A stretch of 64,000 nucleotides of DNA from assembly GCA_964387535.1 (NCBI GenBank), contig CAYLXH010000001.1, positions 786-64,785 on the forward strand, given 5' to 3'. Below are positions 39,983 through 48,071 of the stretch, piece by piece (position 1 is the first letter of the stretch; each line of letters opens with the position of its first letter). The DNA is from an uncultured Butyricicoccus sp. GTDB lineage: Bacteria; Bacillota; Clostridia; Oscillospirales; Butyricicoccaceae. A program made the position numbers and the translations under genes. The notes under the pieces are model-generated. The model was not told the DNA's origin. It saw only the letters and a program-made list of their open reading frames with translations, and searched no databases.

Positions 39983-41059
39983 ATGGCAGACTACAAGCAT
40001 CTTTTTACTCCATGGACAATGAACGGCTATCCCATAAAAAATCGAATCTGTGTCCCACCGCTCGTGATCTACACATGGAGCGATGAAACCGGACGGGTAA
40101 CCGACAAACATATCGCACACTACCGTGCCTTGACTACCGGCGGCGCTGGATTGGTCATTCAGGAAGCCACCTGTGTCTCTCCGGATGGTCGGATCACGAT
40201 GGATCAGCTCGGGATCTGGGAGGATAGTCAAAAGCAGGGTCTGTCTCGCATCAAGGACGTCTTGCACGAGGCCAGTATGCCGGCCATCATCCAGCTCAGC
40301 CACGCGGGCATTCTGGCACAGCGTCCGGAGGATCGTGTCTGTCCCAGCGATTATACCTGTGAATTTGCGGGAACGCGCACCGGACGAGGACTTACCATAG
40401 ATGAAATTCACCGGATCGAGCGACAGTTTATTGATGCGGCACGACGCGCCTATGAGATCGGCTACGATGGTATCGAGCTTCACGCCAGCCACGGCTATCT
40501 GCTCAGCGAATTCATGAATACAACAATGAATCAGCGCACCGATGAATATAATGCCAAGGATAATCTTATCATGAAGAATATCATCACCGGAATCCGCAAG
40601 GCGACTTCCCCTGAGTTTCTCATCGGCGTCCGTCTCGGCATCTTTGAATCGACTCTGGACGTTGGCATTGCCAACGCAGCATGGCTTGAAGGCCTGGGGG
40701 TTGCGTTTATTGATGCCTTTTACGGCTGCGACTGGGTGGCTGAGCTGGAATCGCCGGAGGGCTATCCCTTCAATCCCTCCATTTACAGCGCGAAAATGGT
40801 GAAACAGGCGGTATCCATCCCGGTATTTACCGTCTTCGAAATCGGCACGGGAGAACAGGCGGAAGCTATTTTGGAAGACACCGGAGTGGACATGGTCGTA
40901 ATCGGACGCGGCTCTCTGGTCAACTATGAATGGGGCAACGATGTCCTGGCAGGCCGCGACCCTGGCCACTGCCTACGCTGTGATCCTTGCCAGTGGAAGG
41001 TTGCACCCGACCGCTGTCCCGGACGGCTTGCGCTTCAGCAAAGCCGCAGCCAGTCCTGA
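39983..41059 (+). CDS. NADH:flavin oxidoreductase (Old Yellow Enzyme family)
   Basis: KNRICVPP, GLVIQEAT, GYDGIELHASHGYLLSEF, RTDEY; C-terminal CxxCxxC..C. Confidence 0.9.
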   Translation: MADYKHLFTPWTMNGYPIKNRICVPPLVIYTWSDETGRVTDKHIAHYRALTTGGAGLVIQEATCVSPDGRITMDQLGIWEDSQKQGLSRIKDVLHEASMPAIIQLSHAGILAQRPEDRVCPSDYTCEFAGTRTGRGLTIDEIHRIERQFIDAARRAYEIGYDGIELHASHGYLLSEFMNTTMNQRTDEYNAKDNLIMKNIITGIRKATSPEFLIGVRLGIFESTLDVGIANAAWLEGLGVAFIDAFYGCDWVAELESPEGYPFNPSIYSAKMVKQAVSIPVFTVFEIGTGEQAEAILEDTGVDMVVIGRGSLVNYEWGNDVLAGRDPGHCLRCDPCQWKVAPDRCPGRLALQQSRSQS

Positions 41060-41075
41060 TAGTTTTTTTGCACAG

Positions 41076-41111
41076 AAAAATCCGGTCTGAGAAAATTCTC
41101 AGACCGGATTT
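41076..41111. terminator. Bidirectional terminator
   Basis: AAATCCGGTCTGAGAA-aa-TTCTCAGACCGGATTT between convergent genes. Confidence 0.8.
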
Positions 41112-41132
41112 CTTATTCTCTCTTGTACCTGC

Positions 41133-42716
41133 TCAATAACCAAAGCCGTTTCCGAAGCCGTTTCCGTAGCCATAGCCATACCCATAGACACCGTCCTGCT
41201 GCTCCGAAGATTCCCTGGAATCCTGTGCGCTGGACGACGTGCTCGTCAGATCATTTTGATCCATCAGAGTGATGGTAATCTCCTTGTTCTTTCCGGACCG
41301 GTAGATCTTGAGCGTCATCTCATCTCCAGCCTGGTATTTCTCTTTGATCTCGTTGATATCGCTCATGCTGGTAATCGTCTCACCGTTGACCCCAATAATA
41401 ATGTCATTGGGCTGAATGCCCTGTTTGTAGGCATCCGAGGCCTGGTCCACGTTGGAAACCAATACACCCTGTGGAACATCATAATACGCTGCTGTATTTT
41501 CGTCAATATCGTATCCACTGATGCCAATGGCGGGGCGGCCAGTAACATGGCCGTACGCGATTAACTCATTAACAATATCCTGTGTCGTGCTCATCGGAAT
41601 GGCAAATCCCATTCCCTCATAGCTTGCCTCCGCGGAAGATCCAGAAGACAGCTTGGAAGAGGTGATACCGATGACCTGACCGTATTTGTTAATCAGCGCG
41701 CCGCCGGAAGAGCCCGGATTGATGGCAGCATCCGTCTGGATCAGTGTCATCACGCGGTCATTGATCGTCACATTGCGGTCAATCGCTGAAATAAAGCCGC
41801 CCGTAAAGCTGTTTTGGAATTCTACACCGCCCGGAGATCCAATCGCATAGCAGCGGTCTCCCACCGTCAGGGCATCCGAATCACCAAACTCTGCGACTGG
41901 AAGGTCGTCCTTCGGGTCAATTTTCAGGACTGCCAGATCGGTCTGAGCATCCATGCCGACCAATTCCGCCTGATACTGTGTGCTGTCGCTCATAATAACG
42001 GTGAACTTATTGCCATCCTCCACAACATGGTCGTTGGTAATGACATAGCCATCCTCACTCATAATGATACCAGAACCGGAGGCCTCACTGCCTACCGTGA
42101 TGTCATCCACAATGATGCTGACGATGGAGGGAGACACGGTTTGATAAATTTCCGTACTGCTCAGGCCGTCGTCCCCACTTTCTCCGCTTCCGGTCTTTTT
42201 CGTTGTGCTGATCTGTACCTTTGTCGAGTCCTCCGGGAGTCCGCTTCCAGCCTCCACGGTGCTGTTTGCCTGGTCCCCGGTAAGGCGGTCAAAATTCAGT
42301 CCCCCTCCGGCTGCCATACCACCTACAAAAGCCACAACCGCCACTACCGCAGCGAGTGCTACAACCTTTGGTCCTGTTCCCGGTCCCTTTTTTGGCTTTT
42401 TCGGCCCTTTCCCGGAACTGCCTGAACTGCCCCACTGACTATATGGATTGCCCGCTGGGCCTCCCTGCGTATTCTGCCGGTATGGATTCGAATTACCTTG
42501 TGTGCTCTGGCTATACGGGTTTCCTGTCTGTGAGCTTCCATTTGATTGATTGTTTGGATTGCTCTGCTGCGACGTTCTTCCATAGGACGCATTTGCACCA
42601 GACGCCATGTTGCTGTTCTGTGCCCCTCCCCCGGAAGCTCCGCGAACCGGAGTCTGAAATGGAGTTTTCGGCTCTTGTCCGTTATCCTCTGATCTATTGT
42701 TCTGTAACTCATCCAT
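41133..42716 (-). CDS. htrA: HtrA/DegP-family serine protease with PDZ domain
   Basis: GSGII, ITNDHVV, TDLAVLK, QTDAAINPGSSGG, PDZ; one TM anchor. Confidence 0.93.
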   Translation of the reverse strand: MDELQNNRSEDNGQEPKTPFQTPVRGASGGGAQNSNMASGANASYGRTSQQSNPNNQSNGSSQTGNPYSQSTQGNSNPYRQNTQGGPAGNPYSQWGSSGSSGKGPKKPKKGPGTGPKVVALAAVVAVVAFVGGMAAGGGLNFDRLTGDQANSTVEAGSGLPEDSTKVQISTTKKTGSGESGDDGLSSTEIYQTVSPSIVSIIVDDITVGSEASGSGIIMSEDGYVITNDHVVEDGNKFTVIMSDSTQYQAELVGMDAQTDLAVLKIDPKDDLPVAEFGDSDALTVGDRCYAIGSPGGVEFQNSFTGGFISAIDRNVTINDRVMTLIQTDAAINPGSSGGALINKYGQVIGITSSKLSSGSSAEASYEGMGFAIPMSTTQDIVNELIAYGHVTGRPAIGISGYDIDENTAAYYDVPQGVLVSNVDQASDAYKQGIQPNDIIIGVNGETITSMSDINEIKEKYQAGDEMTLKIYRSGKNKEITITLMDQNDLTSTSSSAQDSRESSEQQDGVYGYGYGYGNGFGNGFGY

Positions 42717-42860
42717 GAGAAAATCCTCCTCTCGTGTTCTGCAATCATTGTACGATACAAATATGGTTTTTCCTTGTTTCCTATGTTAAGATTATGTGTA
42801 TTTCTACACAAATTGCGGTGAAACTGCTCCCTAACTCACGGTCAGAGAGCAGTTTTTCTG

Positions 42861-44345
42861 TCAGCCTTGTGTCAGCCCGGGCAGATTGCTGCTGCTGTTC
42901 GGCTGCTTCAGCACCGCCGGAATCGTAAAGGAAAACTCCGTTTCATTATTGTTCGACCGTACAGAAATATCGCCTCCATGCAGAATAACGATTGACTTAA
43001 CAAAATACAGTCCCAGCCCTGCTCCAGTGCGATCCATGCTTCGGGAGCGATCCACTTTATAAAACCGATCGAAAACATGAGGCAGATCCTCTTCCGGAAT
43101 CGAGGAACCGGTATTCCGAATCGTAAAGTACGCCATGCGTCCCTGTAAGCCGGAACAAATCGTCAGCGCACCGCCCTCATTGACAAACTTCACAGCATTA
43201 TCAAACAGGTTGTATACAACACGGTAAATGAGATCGCGGTCCCCATTTGCCGTCAGAAAATCCTGAAGCTGTACGTCAACATCCAATTGTTTTTGTTCCA
43301 ACTGCTTCTCAAAGCTCAGGAGAACCTGAATCGCCGTTTCTGACAGGTCAAATGGAACGGGAGTGATGACCATCTCTCCGGATTCAATGCGCGCGGTTTC
43401 CAGCATCCGCAGCACCATGCGGCTCAAACGGTGGGATTCCTGCGAAATAATCTCCAAATACTGCTGATGCTTTTCCGGAGGAATCGTGCCGTCCAGCATT
43501 CCGTCCGCAAACCCGCTGATCGACGTCATCGGTGTTTTGAGCTCATGCGATACATTCGCCACAAAATTTCGGGACAGCTCTTCCTGCTGGCGCATCGTGG
43601 AGATCATCGTATTAAAGCTCTCCGCGAGCTCGTCAATCTCATCACAGTTATTTTCCTCCGCCACGCGGACGTCAAAATCTCCACGGGTGAACTGTTTGAC
43701 GGCCTGAACCATTCCCTTCAGCGGACGCGTCAGGATTGCCGACAAAAACCAGCTGATAATCAGCGTCAAAATCAGTGTCAGGAAAATGATGATCACATAA
43801 CTGTGCATGACGTCACTCATCAGGCTCATCGTATCCGTTGAGGAGGAGGCCGCAATGACCAGCGCGATGGTCGTGCCGTCTTCACCCACACAGCGGCGCC
43901 CTGCAATATAATAATTTTTAGAAAACAGGCCGTTCAGATTGCCTAGGTCAAACAGCTCGTTGTTTGCGTTCAACTGCTCCGTCAGATCCTCACTCAGCGT
44001 GCCTATAGCCTGTCCTGTCTTTTCATCGCCCAGTGCAACCTGTCCGTCCTCTTCATCCGCACGAATCCAAATATTTCCCTGCGCATCCGCAATCAGAATC
44101 TGACAGTCGGATCCCGCTGCCATTTGCTGGAGATATACCGTCAGATTTGCCATCCGATCCTCATACAACTCCGGATCCTGGATCACAAACGACTGTACAT
44201 TATCTACGGTTGTCTCAAGCTGTACCTTTTTCTGTACGACAGAGTATCGGCCAATCTGTGCCAGAAACACACTGCCGGCAAACGTAAAGCTGACTAAAAT
44301 CAGTACGGCAAATGCGGCATACGTTTTGACAAACAGATTTCTCAT
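42861..44345 (-). CDS. HAMP-domain sensor histidine kinase
   Basis: Two TMs, HAMP, VSHELKTP, NLFDNAVKF, FDRFYK, GAGLGL. Confidence 0.95.
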   Translation of the reverse strand: MRNLFVKTYAAFAVLILVSFTFAGSVFLAQIGRYSVVQKKVQLETTVDNVQSFVIQDPELYEDRMANLTVYLQQMAAGSDCQILIADAQGNIWIRADEEDGQVALGDEKTGQAIGTLSEDLTEQLNANNELFDLGNLNGLFSKNYYIAGRRCVGEDGTTIALVIAASSSTDTMSLMSDVMHSYVIIIFLTLILTLIISWFLSAILTRPLKGMVQAVKQFTRGDFDVRVAEENNCDEIDELAESFNTMISTMRQQEELSRNFVANVSHELKTPMTSISGFADGMLDGTIPPEKHQQYLEIISQESHRLSRMVLRMLETARIESGEMVITPVPFDLSETAIQVLLSFEKQLEQKQLDVDVQLQDFLTANGDRDLIYRVVYNLFDNAVKFVNEGGALTICSGLQGRMAYFTIRNTGSSIPEEDLPHVFDRFYKVDRSRSMDRTGAGLGLYFVKSIVILHGGDISVRSNNNETEFSFTIPAVLKQPNSSSNLPGLTQG

Positions 44346-44350
44346 ACCAA

Positions 44351-45037
44351 TCAGTCCTTGCCGTCAAAGGTTTCAAACTTATAGCCGACACCCCACTTCG
44401 TCGAGATCTTCCACTTGTCACTGACATTATCCAGCTTCTCCCGCAGTCGCTTAATATGGACATCCACCGTGCGGGTATCTCCTGCGTAATCAAACCCCCA
44501 TACTTCATCCAGGAGCTGAGCGCGGGTGAATACACGATTGGGACTCTGCGCGAGGAAATACAGCAATTCGATTTCCTTCGGCGGGGCGTCGACGCGCTTT
44601 CCGTCAATAATCAGATCATATGCCTGCTTATCAATTGTCAGCTTATCAAACGAGATCTTTCGCTTTTCCTCCGGTGCAAAACGGCGGAAAATGGCGCGGA
44701 CACGCGCGACAACTTCCCGCATCTCCAGCGGCTTGACGATATAATCATCGGCTCCCATTTCCAGTCCGTTTACCTTATCAAACGTCTCACCTTTCGCGGT
44801 CATGATGATAATCGGAACCTTGCTTTCCTCCCGAATGATCTTACATACCTGCCAGCCGTCCATGACCGGCATCATCACATCCAGCAGAATCATATCCGGG
44901 TCCTGTTCCCGCCACTTGTCCACGCCGACCTGTCCGTTTTCTGCCTCAATAATTTTATATCCCTCGCGTTCGAGGTAGAGATGCAGAAGCTCGCGAATGT
45001 GCGCGTCATCTTCTACAATCAGAATTTTCTTCGCCAT
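44351..45037 (-). CDS. OmpR/PhoB-family response regulator
   Basis: IVEDD, LDVMMP, GADDYIVKP, VWGFDYAGDTRTVDVHIKRLREKL. Confidence 0.96.
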   Translation of the reverse strand: MAKKILIVEDDAHIRELLHLYLEREGYKIIEAENGQVGVDKWREQDPDMILLDVMMPVMDGWQVCKIIREESKVPIIIMTAKGETFDKVNGLEMGADDYIVKPLEMREVVARVRAIFRRFAPEEKRKISFDKLTIDKQAYDLIIDGKRVDAPPKEIELLYFLAQSPNRVFTRAQLLDEVWGFDYAGDTRTVDVHIKRLREKLDNVSDKWKISTKWGVGYKFETFDGKD

Positions 45038-45357
45038 ATACTGTCCCTCCTTGCGGTATACTGTTATTATACGTCATTTATCGCAAAAAAGGATGACTAT
45101 TTTGTGAACTGTTCCGTATAATTCTCATAATTTTCCTCCTAAACCCCAACATTCGACGGAGTTTGTGTTATTATGCGGTTTTCTGCCGGGCATTCCGTCA
45201 GCCATGGTTTTTCTGTCATTGATCCCAAACAAGACCGCACCGGACCCGTCAGTCATACACTGCGATTCCGGTATGATACCGTTACTGTCAAACCGAAGAA
45301 CGGCAGATCCTGTTCCCCCATGAGCATACGAAGCAGCACTTCTGCCCAGCGGCTTCC

Positions 45358-45405
45358 AAAAAAAAGCAGCGGCTGCTTTCGTCACAACCGCTGCACTGTT
45401 TTTTT
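45358..45405. terminator. Terminator after the 3D-domain gene, flanked by A and T tracts (bidirectional)
   Basis: AAAAAAAA-GCAGCGG..CCGCTGC-actgTTTTTTT. Confidence 0.7.
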
Positions 45406-45952
45406 ATCCATTAATGACATACACATCAGCATAATCAATTCCAATTCGATTAGCCTCTGCCTCACTGGTCACAAAAATATCAATAATCTTATTTTTGATC
45501 GCTCCGCCAGTGTCCTCCGCATAGTATACACCATATCCGTCAATATAGACCTTAGAGCCAAGGGAAATTACTCTCGAATCCACCGCAATCGTGTGGTTCA
45601 GACGCGGGGTCTTGCCGGATGCGGTAATGGTGTCTCCGCCATAGAACGTCAGCTTGAAATTGCCCATCGCCTTGGCACCGCTTGCAAACTTGATTCGATT
45701 ATGGTGAACATAGCCAACCTTTCCATTGACTTTCACCTTCAGCCATTTACCGTCACTCGAGATATTTAATACCTTCCGGTTCGTTCCCTTTTTCATTACC
45801 GTCTTTTTCGCGCTGGAAACCGACGCGCTCGAGCGGACAACAACCTGTTTCGTTGCAGTGACGCGAGCCGCCGAAGCGGTTGCGGTAACTGCCGTTGCCA
45901 GTACCATCGTTGTCAGTGCAAGCAGCACAATACGCTTTATTCGCTGAATCAT
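45404..45952 (-). CDS. Secreted SH3b + 3D-domain cell-wall hydrolase, copy 1
   Basis: Signal peptide; WLKVKVNGKVGYV SH3-like; TASG..IAVD..AEDTGGAIK..IDIF. Confidence 0.9.
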   Translation of the reverse strand: MIQRIKRIVLLALTTMVLATAVTATASAARVTATKQVVVRSSASVSSAKKTVMKKGTNRKVLNISSDGKWLKVKVNGKVGYVHHNRIKFASGAKAMGNFKLTFYGGDTITASGKTPRLNHTIAVDSRVISLGSKVYIDGYGVYYAEDTGGAIKNKIIDIFVTSEAEANRIGIDYADVYVING

Positions 45953-45984
45953 AGAAACCTCCTAATTCATTGCCTACAATTTAT

Positions 45985-46053
45985 TGTAACTATTTTGTTT
46001 CTGTTTTGTTACTGTTCTGTAATTATAATAGCAGACAATCCCTTGTCTGTCAA
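45985..46053 (-). promoter_or_regulatory. SigA promoter with four phased TGTWAH-like repeats
   Basis: TTGACA-17-TATTAT on minus; plus-strand TGTAAC/TGTTTC/TGTTAC/TGTAAT at 45985, 45996, 46007, 46018. Confidence 0.75.
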
Positions 46054-46185
46054 GGATTTTCTCACCATTTTATCAAACTTTTTCCGTCTTTTTTCGGCGA
46101 AATATCGCAAAATCGCTGTATTATCTATACAAATCCATAATAAAACAGCAGCTGCATTCCACAGCCGCTGTCATTGCCCGTGTGG

Positions 46186-46725
46186 TTAGTCTAGCAGATA
46201 TACCTTAGCATAGTCAATGCCCTTTGCATTGGCCTCCGCCTCACTGGTCACAAAGATGTCAATAATATTATTCTTGATCGCTCCGCCGGTATCCTCCGCA
46301 TAATAAGTACCATATCCTTCAATGTAGACCTTGGAGCCAAGAGAAATCACTCTCGGATCCACCGCAATCGTGTGGTTCAATTGCGGGGTCTTGCCAGATG
46401 CGGTAATCGTATCTCCGCCGTAAAAGGTGAGCTTGAAGTTGCCCAGATCACCGGAGGTAAAATCCATACGGTTGATGCGAACATAACCAACCTGTCCGTT
46501 CACCTTTACCCGGACGAATTTTCCATTCTTGGAAATGCTCAGAACCTTCCGGTTCGTGCCCTTGCTCATCGACGTCAGCTTTTCACTGGATACCGAAGCC
46601 TTCACATGAACCGCAGCCGACCGGTTTGCAGTAACACGGGCAGCCGAAGCGGTAGCCGTCAATGCAATTGTAAAAACAAGTGTCGTCAGTGCAATCAGTG
46701 CAACGCGCTTCATTCGCTGAACCAT
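46186..46725 (-). CDS. Secreted SH3b + 3D-domain cell-wall hydrolase, copy 2
   Basis: Paralogue of 45404..45952 with a near-identical 3D domain. Confidence 0.9.
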   Translation of the reverse strand: MVQRMKRVALIALTTLVFTIALTATASAARVTANRSAAVHVKASVSSEKLTSMSKGTNRKVLSISKNGKFVRVKVNGQVGYVRINRMDFTSGDLGNFKLTFYGGDTITASGKTPQLNHTIAVDPRVISLGSKVYIEGYGTYYAEDTGGAIKNNIIDIFVTSEAEANAKGIDYAKVYLLD

Positions 46726-46771
46726 GTGTGTCCTCCCGTATCGTAAACTCTGCGAGTTATTCTCTCAAATT

Positions 46772-46840
46772 TGTAATTTCCTTGATAACATTTTGTTACC
46801 GTTCTGTAATTAGAATACCGGACGAGGACATATTTGTCAA
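46772..46840 (-). promoter_or_regulatory. SigA promoter with four phased TGTWAH-like repeats
   Basis: TTGACA-17-TATTCT on minus; TGTAAT/TGATAA/TGTTAC/TGTAAT at 46772, 46783, 46794, 46805. Confidence 0.75.
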
Positions 46841-46870
46841 GCCGATTTTTTAATTTTGTGGAATACTTAC

Positions 46871-46912
46871 AAAAGAAAAGACGGCATTTTCGAGAGAAAA
46901 CACGCCGTCTTT
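46871..46912 (-). terminator. Terminator downstream of the second OYE gene
   Basis: AAAGACGGC..GCCGTCTTT with an A tract on the left. Confidence 0.65.
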
Positions 46913-46933
46913 GTGTGATATATCAATTTTTAT

Positions 46934-46994
46934 TGTTACCGTTTGTGCAACATGTTGTAACCATCCTGTAATCTCTCAGTAAGCAACCTGTAAC
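46934..46994. repeat. Array of about six 11-bp-period TGTWAH-like hexamers
   Basis: TGTTAC 46934, TGCAAC 46946, TGTAAC 46956, TGTAAT 46967, AGTAAG 46978, TGTAAC 46989. Confidence 0.7.
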
Positions 46995-47006
46995 AACACC
47001 GTGCAC

Positions 47007-48071
47007 TCATTCTCCTCGTTTTCCTGTCATCCGGCGCGCTCGAAGCAGTCGTGCCGCACAGCGATCCGGATCCACTCGCCACTGGCATTCTGCGCAGTCC
47101 AGGCACCGCGCCGGCTCTTTGCCCGCCAGCGCCTCTGCCGCCCAGTTCGGGTTTGCCAGCGTACTTCGCCCGATATCCACCATGTCCACATCGGCAGCTT
47201 CCAGCACCTGACACGCATCTGCCCGCGTGCGGATGCCATTGACCGCGAAGACCGGGATGGCTACCCGTTTCCGGACTTCCGCTGCCGCATAAATAATATC
47301 CTTACAGGGAAATCCTTCTGCGGCAAACGGCTCCGACTCCTCGGCAAATCCATACGAGATGTCCAGAAAATCACTGCCACCCCGTTCCAAAACCGCTGCA
47401 TGCCGCAGCCCATCCTGCAACGTCGGTTCAAAACCACCCAGACGGATCCCCACGATAAACTCCTCGGGCACCTCGGCACGGATACGTTTCAGCACTTCCA
47501 GCACAAACCGTTCGGGCTGTGCTCCATAGCCATCGTCACGTCGGTTGACGCGCTGGTTCAAAAACTGTGACATCAGATACGCATGGCAGCCGTGCAGTTC
47601 CACGCCATCGTATCCCGCTCGCACCGCTCGTTTTGCCGCATCCACAAATTCCTGCTGCACCCGGGCGATATCTTCCTCTGTCATGCGGCACCCTGTCTTG
47701 CCGTGCCAGCAATAGGCATCCGGACACAGAGGATGCTCGGCAATACCTACCACACCGGCGTGGTGAATCTGAACCAGAATCGGGCATCCTTCCGCGTGAA
47801 CGGCCTCCGTGATCCGGCGCAGTCCTGAAATGTGTTCGTCGCTCCAAATCCCCAACTGTGTTTCTGTCAGTCTGCCGTCCGACGCGATACAAGTCGCTTC
47901 CTGAATGATCAGCCCTGGCCCTCCTCGGGCGATCTCCTGATAATGTGCTACATGCCGATCCGAAACCTTGCCGCTTCCATCCGACCAATGATAAATTACC
48001 ATCGGCGGCACGCAGATACGATTGCGAATGCGTGTGGTTCGGAGTGTCAGCGAGTCATTCAGCCGTTTCAT
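47007..48071 (-). CDS. NADH:flavin oxidoreductase (OYE family), paralogue 2
   Basis: RNRICVPP, GYDGVELHGCHAYLMSQF, NRRDDGYG; C-terminal CLDCAEC..C. Confidence 0.9.
   Translation of the reverse strand: MKRLNDSLTLRTTRIRNRICVPPMVIYHWSDGSGKVSDRHVAHYQEIARGGPGLIIQEATCIASDGRLTETQLGIWSDEHISGLRRITEAVHAEGCPILVQIHHAGVVGIAEHPLCPDAYCWHGKTGCRMTEEDIARVQQEFVDAAKRAVRAGYDGVELHGCHAYLMSQFLNQRVNRRDDGYGAQPERFVLEVLKRIRAEVPEEFIVGIRLGGFEPTLQDGLRHAAVLERGGSDFLDISYGFAEESEPFAAEGFPCKDIIYAAAEVRKRVAIPVFAVNGIRTRADACQVLEAADVDMVDIGRSTLANPNWAAEALAGKEPARCLDCAECQWRVDPDRCAARLLRARRMTGKRGE

Noticed and set aside
41690-41730. HtrA motif GSSGG instead of GNSGG as a sign of inactivity
   Set aside because: The catalytic Ser, His and Asp are all retained
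45173-45769. 198-aa plus-strand ORF
   Set aside because: Crosses a terminator and runs antisense to the 3D gene; no RBS or motif
45985-46023. CcpA cre-site interpretation of the TGTWA motifs
   Set aside because: cre is a 14-bp pseudo-palindrome; these are direct repeats at 11-bp pitch
46934-46994. CRISPR or iteron interpretation of the periodic repeats
   Set aside because: Units are 6 bp with 5-bp gaps; no spacers, cas or rep gene
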